Source: a candidate division FCPU426 bacterium (GTDB taxonomy: Bacteria > Oederibacteriota > Muellerivitia > Muellerivitales > Muellerivitaceae). From it: DNA of 64,000 bases. Positions 19,762 through 28,142 of the stretch are shown piece after piece. The translations under genes and the position numbers were made by a program. The stretch is from the NCBI GenBank assembly GCA_963796105.1, contig CAWCKJ010000004.1:64001-128000 (forward strand), read 5' to 3'. The notes under the pieces were generated by a model, which made no database searches, had not been told where the DNA came from, and worked only from the letters and a program-made list of their open reading frames with translations. How positions within the stretch are numbered: position 1 is the first letter of the stretch; each line of letters starts with the position of its first letter.

Positions 19762-21965
19762 CCGGTGATCCTTTTAAAAGCCAATCCAGCCCAAATGCCG
19801 CAAGCCAATAAGGATATAAAGATACCCAACCGGAAGGTCAAGGGTTCAAAGGAAAACACCGCTTCCGATTCCCCGTCCCTCAAGACCACCCCGCGGAAAC
19901 AATGGTTGACGGTATCCACTGTCCCGGCTTTTTTCACGATATTTCCAGCGCCCGGGTCCAGGCTGACCTTCCACCCAGGATAATTTGTTTCCGAGGAAAC
20001 AAGAAAGGCCATTCCTTTCCCGGGAGCCAGGATTACCTGATGGTTGGGATTCTTGGAATGAAAAACCACCTGCCGCGGCTGGTAATCTCCTGCCCGGGTT
20101 CTATCGGCGATAAAACATTCCTTTCCATAATCTAAGAAATCATGGGCCGCAATCTTGAAATCCCCATCCAATGTCGGGCCAGCTGGCATTGCATTTTTAA
20201 CCGAGAACCATTTGGGCAATGGCGCTGGATTTTCGAAGATACCGGTTGTTTTATCCGAATCCGCCAACTTTTTCAAATCCGCGAAAGAATTCCTTCCGAA
20301 CAAATAACGGACGTTCAAGTAATCCAATACCCTCCGGGAATGCCTCAAGGAATATTGAAAAGCCTGGAAAGTCCAGTCGTGCGTATCCCTCAGTTGAAGA
20401 GTGTTATAAACGGGAGCCTCCTCCTTTCCGCAGGCCAGGGGCCAGTTGGGATACAGGTTCTGCTTGGCAGTATCGTAAGCATCTTCCCAGGTGGGTCCCT
20501 CCAACCGGATGGCTTGCTTCAAAAGTGGCGGGGTGAAAAAAAGCCTCCCCGGGTGGTTCAATCCCGCCAGAACTTTCGGGGATTGGTCGTAATAAGAGCG
20601 ATCCAAGAGGACGTTCAGGCTCCAAGCCGCGGTGATGAGGGACAGACCCAAAGCAACTGATAGTAAGCCCAGGCGGGCGGAAGGCCCTGCCGCCAGGGGA
20701 CATAAAGCCGTCAAGGCCAGGCAAACCCAGAAGGCTACGGGGAACAAGGGCGCTCCCAGGAGATAGGAAGCGGCGAAGACCGAGAGGGTCAAGCTCCACC
20801 AAATCCAGGGAAGAAGCTTCCCCGTTCGGGAGGAAAGAAAAAGTTCCAAGGACTCCATGGCCATCCAGGCGGCCCAGAGGGCCAAGAGGGATATCCAGTA
20901 ACCCGAATGGATCACCAGGGAATAGCCTGGCAGATAGCATCTCAGGTAACAGCCCCATCCCGTCAAACCCGTGCTCAAGCCCAGGATGAGAAACCCGATT
21001 CCCCAGGAAGTTTTCCGGTAGGCTCCCCTCATCGCGCCCCAGAGGATCAGAATGACGGGGGGAAGCCCCATGAAAAAAGTGGAAACCCAGTAATGGGGGC
21101 CGTGGTAGTTGTTCTCCAAAGGATGACCCTGCGCGAAGGCGTTGAGGGAGGTGGCCAGGTCCTCCAGGCCGGTCTCCTGGAAATGGCCTGCCCCGCCCTG
21201 GTAATTGCTTAGTTTGAACAACTCAGCGAACGGCAGGCCCCAGACCAGGTTATAGGCGATAGCCAGCAAGCCCGAACCCGCCGCCATGACTACAAATCCC
21301 AGGCTGATCTTGAGGCGCTCCCCCGCGGGCCAGAAAACCTTCCAAGTCCAGTGAAGGATCACGGCCAGGAGGGTCAGGTAAACCAAAACCGGATAGCCTG
21401 AGGCGGCCTGGCAGGCCCAGGCCAGGGAAAGGTAAAGGAAGGCGCCCTTCTGGCCCTTATAAAGCTTCAGCAACCCCAGGAAGACCCAGGGGACCCAGCT
21501 GATGGCCATCAGGGCGGGTGGTGTCCAAGAGGAGCAGACCAGGTGGAGGGAAAAACCAAAGACGAGGCTTCCCCAACTAGCGGTCCAAAAGGAAAATCCC
21601 TCGGTCCTCGCGAAGAGCCAAAAACCCAGCAACGCCCAAAAGTGGTGGAAAATGATGAGGACCGCAAAGGCGGCGGTGGGGTCCAGGAAAGCATAAAGCA
21701 GGGGAACAGGAGGATAGGCGTAAGCCATCTGGGGGTCCGCGAAAAAGGGCGTCCCAAATTGGGCGTCCGGGTTCCAGAGGGGAATCCAGCCTTGATGAAG
21801 GACTTCCCCGCCCCATTTCCAAAGAGGATAAAAAAACCGGGAGGCATCCACAAAAACAAATATGGAATGGCCGAAAAGAACTTTCCAATAAAAGACGCAA
21901 GTTAAAACGGCCAAACCCAGGGCCGCGTATAGATCCAGAAGATAGGGAGAAACGCGGGATTTCAC
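19758..21965 (-). CDS. YfhO-family membrane glycosyltransferase (GT-C)
   Basis: 'GWIPLWNPDAQFGTPFFADPQ', 'SETNYPGWKV', 'FSFEP'. 4-nt overlaps with both neighbours. Confidence 0.8.
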   Translation of the reverse strand: MKSRVSPYLLDLYAALGLAVLTCVFYWKVLFGHSIFVFVDASRFFYPLWKWGGEVLHQGWIPLWNPDAQFGTPFFADPQMAYAYPPVPLLYAFLDPTAAFAVLIIFHHFWALLGFWLFARTEGFSFWTASWGSLVFGFSLHLVCSSWTPPALMAISWVPWVFLGLLKLYKGQKGAFLYLSLAWACQAASGYPVLVYLTLLAVILHWTWKVFWPAGERLKISLGFVVMAAGSGLLAIAYNLVWGLPFAELFKLSNYQGGAGHFQETGLEDLATSLNAFAQGHPLENNYHGPHYWVSTFFMGLPPVILILWGAMRGAYRKTSWGIGFLILGLSTGLTGWGCYLRCYLPGYSLVIHSGYWISLLALWAAWMAMESLELFLSSRTGKLLPWIWWSLTLSVFAASYLLGAPLFPVAFWVCLALTALCPLAAGPSARLGLLSVALGLSLITAAWSLNVLLDRSYYDQSPKVLAGLNHPGRLFFTPPLLKQAIRLEGPTWEDAYDTAKQNLYPNWPLACGKEEAPVYNTLQLRDTHDWTFQAFQYSLRHSRRVLDYLNVRYLFGRNSFADLKKLADSDKTTGIFENPAPLPKWFSVKNAMPAGPTLDGDFKIAAHDFLDYGKECFIADRTRAGDYQPRQVVFHSKNPNHQVILAPGKGMAFLVSSETNYPGWKVSLDPGAGNIVKKAGTVDTVNHCFRGVVLRDGESEAVFSFEPLTFRLGIFISLLACGIWAGLAFKRITG

Positions 21966-24958
21966 TTGGCGGTTTCCTTCCCCAGGTATTCCAGGACTTG
22001 AGGCGGAAGGCTCACCATTTCCTTTTCAACCGGATCAATCCGGTCCGCGTCTTTCCATTGGCGGAAAACCTCCAGGGCTTGGGCATAGGCCGCCTTGGCT
22101 CCGGATGAATCCCCGGTAGCCTTCAATAATTCTCCCAGTCTCACCCACCCAATGGCGAGATTGGGTTCCAACTCGACTGCCTTCTTGAAATCCAAAAGAG
22201 CTCCCTGCTTGTCGCCGGTCTTCAAAAGGAATAATCCCTCCTCCTCACGGACAAAGGCGTTCAAAGGCAATGACTCCTTCACTTCCTCCCAGGCCTTCTT
22301 GACTCGTTGAAGATCCTCCGCCGTAGGAGTCGCGGATAACCCGCCGGTCAAGCGCTCCGCGTTTTTCAGCCTCCACTGCCCGTCGGCCTTTTCCAGTTCC
22401 AGGATTCTCGAGTAGGTCTCATCGGCCTTCCTTTTCCAAACCGGGTCCCGGGTTGCCATAAAGAGTTTTTCCAAATAATCAGCTTTGGAGGCGTAAACCC
22501 TTGCGTCCCAGGCGTTCAGTAGGCCCGCGGTTTCCATGCAGCGCAGGGCCTGGGGAAAATCCTTATTTTGCACCAGGGACTGGGCCCTATCCTCCATCTC
22601 TGGAACGAAAGCGGCCGAGCCGTAAAGCCCCAGGGCCAATCCCAACGCGAGCAAACCTCCCGGCAGGGATTGCCCGGCTTTTTCTTTTTCCTCAGGCGCC
22701 GCCAAGACCGCTCCCTGCAGGGCGATCAAGGGAGTGTGCAGGCAAAAATCAAACAGAGAGGCGGTTCCCAGGGCGGTGAGGGCTGATCTTTTCCCTCCCT
22801 CGCTTTTAAAAGGGCCCAGGTAGTGAATAAAGGCGAGAGCCCAAAGGAATCCCACTAACCCGAAAGCCGTAAGAAACTCAAGAAACTCATTGTGGGAAAA
22901 TTCCGCGTCCATTAAGTAGCGGTTGATCCCGGAGGACCGGGGGCTCTTGACTTGGTGGTAGTATCCCGCAAAAGCGCCGGGACCGACACCAGCCAGGGGC
23001 TCCCTGGCCCAGACCTGGACCGCGGATTTCCATATTTGAATCCGGTCCCACCTGGAGGAATTCTTTTCCAGCGAATGGAAAGCCATCACCCGGTAAACCA
23101 TAAGGAGTGAAACCAAAATCACCGCCGCACCCAACACCAAAAGCTTTTGCTCCTTCTTGACCAGCATGACTAAGCCCGCCACCAGTCCCACCATGGCGCT
23201 GAAAGCCTTCAAGCAAACCAGTGTCGCGATGGAAAACAGAAAAACCGCGGCTTTCCCCAATCCCTTTTTATCCCGGAGGAATTTCAAGCTTAGGGACTTA
23301 AGGTCCAAGGGCTTATCCATAAACAGGAACAAGAGGGGAATCAAGAAGATTCCGACTTGTTTGGGATTCGGGAAAATCCGCCAATATTTGATGTCGGAAT
23401 ATTGGAATGAAAAAAACCAGACCTTCATGGCCCAGAAAATCCCAAGAGCGAAAAACAAGTAAATGAATTTCCGGGAATCAGGCCATTTCCTCGCGAGGAG
23501 CACAAAAGCTAGGGCCAATCCCGCGGTTTCCAGGAACCTCACGGATCCCAAGGCCGATGGGGATTCGAACGCCCTTAGGATCAGGTAAAAAGCGCCAGAG
23601 AAAACCCATAGGGGCGTTTTTCCGATTCCGGCTTGGAAATAGGCGAAAGTCCCCCATAAGACGCAAGCCACCATCGCGAAATTCCAGGGCCGGTAGGGAG
23701 GCCAGAACCCGGAAACCAAAAGAACCGTTAGGACGGCCCATTGCGTCCATGGGACTGGAATCACGGGTAAAGGCAGATCTCTTTCGGGTTTCATGGTCAG
23801 CCGCCCCGCGACCAAGGCGAAGATCCAAACCAACTCCGGCATTTGGAAAGGAAGATCGAACAACCCGAAAAGGGAGAAGGCCAAAACCCCGGGAAGAACT
23901 CCCCAGGCCTCCCAGCGGAATGGCTTTTGAAACCTCAACAGCCATCCCGCAAAAGCGCCTATAAATAACAAGGTACCAAAAAGACCCGTTTCCACCAGGA
24001 GTTGGATCAGAATGTTATGGGCGTACTGGGCTCCGGTGTTCAGGTCAAGTCTCGAACTCTGGTAAACCTCCCCGAAGGTGCCGAGGCCGGTTCCAAACCA
24101 GGGATGAGCCGCGAAAAGCGGCAGGGCCGAAGACCAAAGCTTCAGCCTCATGGAAAAGGCCGCCAGGAACCAGCTATGCAAGCCTCTTTGGTGGATCTCA
24201 AAAACAACCAGGACGAAGCCGGCCAATAAGACGGGGATCAGCCAGCGCCAAAGTTTTCGGTAGGCCAAAACCACCAGCGCCGCAACAGCCAGGCAGGCCA
24301 GGGCCCCGACACTGCCGGATGCCCATAAGCCCGCCGCCAAAACAAAGGTGAGAACCGCGTAAAGAAGGCGCCTCACGCCGGATGAAATGAGGATTTTGAT
24401 AAAACCCTGGGGAATGAAGAGGATCATCAAGCCCGCCAGGGCTCCCGGCGTCACCAAGGGGCCGAAGGCCCGCTTGTTAAATGCCGCCGCTGTGGCGATT
24501 TTGAGCTCCTCCCCGGAAAGGCCCGGCAGGGTCAAGGCGAGGTTATCAAAACCATAAAGCCTTTGGTAAACAGCAAACCCCGCCACGGCAGAGGCCCCTA
24601 ATAGACCAGCCGCTTCCAATCGGGTTTGGGCTTGCGGCTTATTCATTCCCGCCATGAGATAAAGCAAGGTTCCCAAGAACACGAATCCCGCCGATTGGAG
24701 GGTCAATCCAGGAACTAAAGACCAAGAAGAGGAGACGAGGAGGTAAAGGAGGAAAAGGAGCCAGAGCCTTCCCATCCGGGCGAAAGTCCCCTCTTGAACG
24801 GGCCTGAGAATAAGAAGCGCCAATCCCCCGCCCATGGCGATCGCGAGGGATTTCGGGTCCATCAGGTACGGATGAAACAAAAGGTAAAGGCCGATCAAAA
24901 TGCAGGAAAATTCCCACAACCCCCCGGCGGACAGAGGCAATGTTAGGAGTGATTTCAT
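21962..24958 (-). CDS. O-antigen ligase/PglL-like protein with two tandem Wzy_C-like domains and C-terminal TPR
   Basis: Two 'R..W......HP..G.G.G.F...HN..L......G..G' blocks (MRLKLW...AHNILIQLLVETG; DRIQIW...SHNEFLEFLTAFG), plus a TPR tail. Confidence 0.8.
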   Translation of the reverse strand: MKSLLTLPLSAGGLWEFSCILIGLYLLFHPYLMDPKSLAIAMGGGLALLILRPVQEGTFARMGRLWLLFLLYLLVSSSWSLVPGLTLQSAGFVFLGTLLYLMAGMNKPQAQTRLEAAGLLGASAVAGFAVYQRLYGFDNLALTLPGLSGEELKIATAAAFNKRAFGPLVTPGALAGLMILFIPQGFIKILISSGVRRLLYAVLTFVLAAGLWASGSVGALACLAVAALVVLAYRKLWRWLIPVLLAGFVLVVFEIHQRGLHSWFLAAFSMRLKLWSSALPLFAAHPWFGTGLGTFGEVYQSSRLDLNTGAQYAHNILIQLLVETGLFGTLLFIGAFAGWLLRFQKPFRWEAWGVLPGVLAFSLFGLFDLPFQMPELVWIFALVAGRLTMKPERDLPLPVIPVPWTQWAVLTVLLVSGFWPPYRPWNFAMVACVLWGTFAYFQAGIGKTPLWVFSGAFYLILRAFESPSALGSVRFLETAGLALAFVLLARKWPDSRKFIYLFFALGIFWAMKVWFFSFQYSDIKYWRIFPNPKQVGIFLIPLLFLFMDKPLDLKSLSLKFLRDKKGLGKAAVFLFSIATLVCLKAFSAMVGLVAGLVMLVKKEQKLLVLGAAVILVSLLMVYRVMAFHSLEKNSSRWDRIQIWKSAVQVWAREPLAGVGPGAFAGYYHQVKSPRSSGINRYLMDAEFSHNEFLEFLTAFGLVGFLWALAFIHYLGPFKSEGGKRSALTALGTASLFDFCLHTPLIALQGAVLAAPEEKEKAGQSLPGGLLALGLALGLYGSAAFVPEMEDRAQSLVQNKDFPQALRCMETAGLLNAWDARVYASKADYLEKLFMATRDPVWKRKADETYSRILELEKADGQWRLKNAERLTGGLSATPTAEDLQRVKKAWEEVKESLPLNAFVREEEGLFLLKTGDKQGALLDFKKAVELEPNLAIGWVRLGELLKATGDSSGAKAAYAQALEVFRQWKDADRIDPVEKEMVSLPPQVLEYLGKETAK

Positions 24959-25003
24959 GGGGCCATTTTAAGGTCACGGGTTGAAAAATAATTAATAGAT
25001 TAA

Positions 25004-25032
25004 TGAAAAAGTCCCAACAACGGACTTTTTCA
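25004..25032. terminator. Inverted repeat, probable intrinsic (possibly bidirectional) terminator
   Basis: TGAAAAAGTCC-7 nt-GGACTTTTTCA, perfect 11-bp stem containing A/T tracts. Confidence 0.55.
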
Positions 25033-25205
25033 ATTGACGACATTTAATGAAATCCCACGTTTCCCGCGTAATCTTTGGGGTCACAGGCTGCTTTGTCCCA
25101 CTTTTCCACACTTATTTATTGAAAGCGGGACTATGCCGCATTCCTTATGGAAAAAGAATTTAGAATTGCGGTATGCGGGCCATATTTCACCTAATCAACA
25201 GCCTG

Positions 25206-27464
25206 TTAATGTTTTCTTCCCGAAATAAAAGATCTTCGCAGGACATTCAAGCCAACGGAAGCGACGGAGGCTACCCATACCAGGCATAAAAAGAGGGCCA
25301 ACGCGAAACAGGTTGGCCTGTATTTAAAAATGACCTGGTGATCCCCCTGGGGCAAGAATAACCCTCGAAACAGGTAATTGGCGGTAAAAATCCTCAGGGG
25401 TTTATGGTCCGCCCAGGCCTTCCACCCTGGGAAATTAGTCTCAGAAAAAACCACGAGGCCCGGAGCGTCCAATCGAATATCGAATTCCTGGCTGTTTAAA
25501 TCCTCGAAGACCAAGTCCGCTTCCTTCAAGCGGTTGGTTCGCTCCCGGAGAATACCCTCTTCGGGGGAAGGATATTCGGATAGCAAAGACAATTCATACG
25601 GCGTGTAGTTCCTGCCTTGCATTATCTTCAAACATTTTGCGGGGTCCAGTTCGGTCTTCCACCGGACCGGGGAATAAACAAGGTGCATTTCCTCCTTTGA
25701 TTCGTAAAACTTCACTTTGTCCCATTGGAACCGCTCGAAACCGGGAATCCTCCCTTTTTCATTCCCGGTGGTGAACCCTTGAATGGCCATTAGGCGGAGG
25801 AAAGTCCGAAAGGGGGTGGTATAAAGCTGGCCCCTGGCCAATAGGCTCAAGGGGTTGTTCCCTCCCGCATTCTTTAACCCAAAGAGACAAGGGGTGTCAG
25901 CCGGCAAGTCTTCCCGGATATTCCCACATTCAGCTTCTATAGGAAAAGGGATATGGTCACCCTGGAAAAATCGGGAACTGCCTATTGCCCGGGATACTCG
26001 AGAATAAAAGGGTTCCATTTTCTTGAAATCCAGGGCGTCCTGAAAGCCCAACCGAGAGGAACGAAAATCCCAGCCTCCCAGGATAAAGCCCGCCACGACT
26101 GCAGCGGAAAATAATCCCAACCCCAGCCGGGGTCTCTTAGGTAATAGACCCACAGCCAAAAGCCCCATCCCCGCGGCTGTGGCTAAGCCTAAAAGCAGGG
26201 GTTCGTTCCAATGAAAATACCAGGCCCCGACCAAGAGTGCTGACAAGTAGGCGGTTATCCCAAGGGATTTTTTCAAATCCACGGAAGCTGTATCCGATTT
26301 TATCCAATGTTGCATGCCCATCCCCGCCAAAAGACAAACCAGGACCTGAAAAATAAAGATAAACCGGAATGGTCCCCTTAATAATCCGAACCCCAGGACA
26401 TGGGTAAAAAGCCATGGATGGAGCGGGAAATGCCCACCAAAACCGATCATGAAAAAGAAGATCGCAAAAAACGCACAGGATAGTTTGAAGGGTTTTTGGC
26501 CCGGTGAAAAAAGGGAAACAACCGCAAAAAACGGCACCCAAAGCCCGAGATAAGCCTCGGTCTGGAAAAAGGTTTGGACTGGACGTAAAACCTTGAGGAC
26601 AGGGTCTTCAGGCCGAAGTGGAAAAAGGAACCGGAACCATTCGGCAGGGGCCATGGATAACCCCGTAAAACTTTCATAATCGGGTTTTAACAGCAGGCGG
26701 TCGGAAAATCGGGCGAAATCGTAAAAAGGGATCCAGGAAAGCAGACCCGGAGTGAATCCCCAAAGAAAAAAGACTGCGGATTTAATTACCCGGCCGAGGA
26801 CATGCGAGGGTGTTGGGACTTTCCTCCAAGTCCAAAGGCGAGTGAAAAGATAGAAAAATCCCAGGTAAAAAGCGCCCAAAAAAATCTGCGGATTTCCGGC
26901 GAGCGTTAAAAGTGAGAGGGCTAAACCCGCGTTTCGAGCCCAACGGGTATCACCAGTTTGGGCAAAGGCTTCCAAACAAGCCATGAGCCAGGGCAACCAA
27001 GTGACGGCGGCGAAAACAGTCGGGTGGACTATTTCGAGCGTAAACAGCCCGCAAAAAGCGAACGCGAGGGCAGTGAAGGAGCTAGCGGCGTCGGATAAGC
27101 CCATTTTTTCCATCCAAAAATGTGTTCCTAACATGGACAGGAAAAGGTGGAAAAATAAAAAAAAGCCGAGAGTGCGGTGGATGGAAAATGCAAGTAAGGG
27201 GTAAAGAATTGGGTATTGGCAACTGGTGTTCGGGTCGGCCCAAAATGGCTGGCCCGCGTAGAGGTAAGGATTCCAAAGAGGGAGAATCCCCCGGGCGAAT
27301 GCATTTTTCAGGAATGGCCAGAAGATCGAGACACTTTGCAACAATTCGTTGTCGAAGAAAGTCTGCCCCAGGATCAGGCAACGAAAATAGGCGGCAATTC
27401 CCAGCATTAGGTAGAAGAGGATAAAAGGCCCGGGAACCGGCAGAGCGTTTTTCGCACGATCCAT
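25206..27464 (-). CDS. YfhO-family membrane glycosyltransferase (GT-C)
   Basis: 'GILPLWNPYLYAGQPFWADP', 'LRGPFRF', 'SETNFPGWKAW', 'GDHQVIFKYRP'. Start uncertain (GTG 27563 or ATG 27464). Confidence 0.8.
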   Translation of the reverse strand: MDRAKNALPVPGPFILFYLMLGIAAYFRCLILGQTFFDNELLQSVSIFWPFLKNAFARGILPLWNPYLYAGQPFWADPNTSCQYPILYPLLAFSIHRTLGFFLFFHLFLSMLGTHFWMEKMGLSDAASSFTALAFAFCGLFTLEIVHPTVFAAVTWLPWLMACLEAFAQTGDTRWARNAGLALSLLTLAGNPQIFLGAFYLGFFYLFTRLWTWRKVPTPSHVLGRVIKSAVFFLWGFTPGLLSWIPFYDFARFSDRLLLKPDYESFTGLSMAPAEWFRFLFPLRPEDPVLKVLRPVQTFFQTEAYLGLWVPFFAVVSLFSPGQKPFKLSCAFFAIFFFMIGFGGHFPLHPWLFTHVLGFGLLRGPFRFIFIFQVLVCLLAGMGMQHWIKSDTASVDLKKSLGITAYLSALLVGAWYFHWNEPLLLGLATAAGMGLLAVGLLPKRPRLGLGLFSAAVVAGFILGGWDFRSSRLGFQDALDFKKMEPFYSRVSRAIGSSRFFQGDHIPFPIEAECGNIREDLPADTPCLFGLKNAGGNNPLSLLARGQLYTTPFRTFLRLMAIQGFTTGNEKGRIPGFERFQWDKVKFYESKEEMHLVYSPVRWKTELDPAKCLKIMQGRNYTPYELSLLSEYPSPEEGILRERTNRLKEADLVFEDLNSQEFDIRLDAPGLVVFSETNFPGWKAWADHKPLRIFTANYLFRGLFLPQGDHQVIFKYRPTCFALALFLCLVWVASVASVGLNVLRRSFISGRKH

Positions 27465-27546
27465 TTCTTGAGACGTCTTGGACGGTTTCAAAGATGCTCC
27501 CCCGGGATTCCTATAGTCGAGATGCCGGAGAACCTTTTCACAATAA

Positions 27547-27999
27547 TTATTTTTTCTTTCCACCCGGAAGAGGAATGACAGCCGCAGCTTTCAGGGCTAG
27601 AAGATAGCTGTATTTCCCGAAACCTGTCACCTGCCCGACGGCTACGGGCGAGATATGTGAGGACTGGCGGAAACCCTCTCGGGCGTGGATATTGGAGAGA
27701 TGTATCTCGATGGAGGGGATTTCCACCGCCGAAAGGGCGTCCCGGATGGCCACCGACGTATGGGTGTAGGCGGCGGGATTGATCAGGATCACGTCGGCCC
27801 AATGCCGAGCGTTCTGGATGGTCTCCACAATCTCGCCCTCGTGGTTGGACTGCACGACGCGCAGTTCCAATTCCAGTTTCACGGCCTCGGCTAACATGTC
27901 CTTGTTAATTTCCTCCAGTGTGACGTTTCCGTAAACGTTGGGCTCCCTCTCCCCCAGGAGGTTTAGGTTTGGGCCGTGAATGACTAGCACTTTTCGCAT
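27547..27999 (-). CDS. aroQ: Type II 3-dehydroquinate dehydratase
   Basis: 'IHGPNLNLLGEREPNVYG', 'QSNHEG', 'INPAAYTHTSVAIRDA', 'EIHLSNIHAREGFR'. Confidence 0.97.
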   Translation of the reverse strand: MRKVLVIHGPNLNLLGEREPNVYGNVTLEEINKDMLAEAVKLELELRVVQSNHEGEIVETIQNARHWADVILINPAAYTHTSVAIRDALSAVEIPSIEIHLSNIHAREGFRQSSHISPVAVGQVTGFGKYSYLLALKAAAVIPLPGGKKK

Positions 28000-28142
28000 T
28001 GGATTTTCTCTCTATTCAAGGATAACTGGAACCTATGCTACCCAGAAAGATTCCGGCCCGACAAGGGAAAACATTGTTCTAGGCCGGGATTCCCACATTT
28101 TCCCCGTGGCTCTACCCATCGATAATATAATAACCCTGTTCC

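Noticed and set aside
25095..25115. DnaA boxes / oriC
   Set aside because: Only one imperfect TTTTCCACA. No box cluster and no dnaA context.
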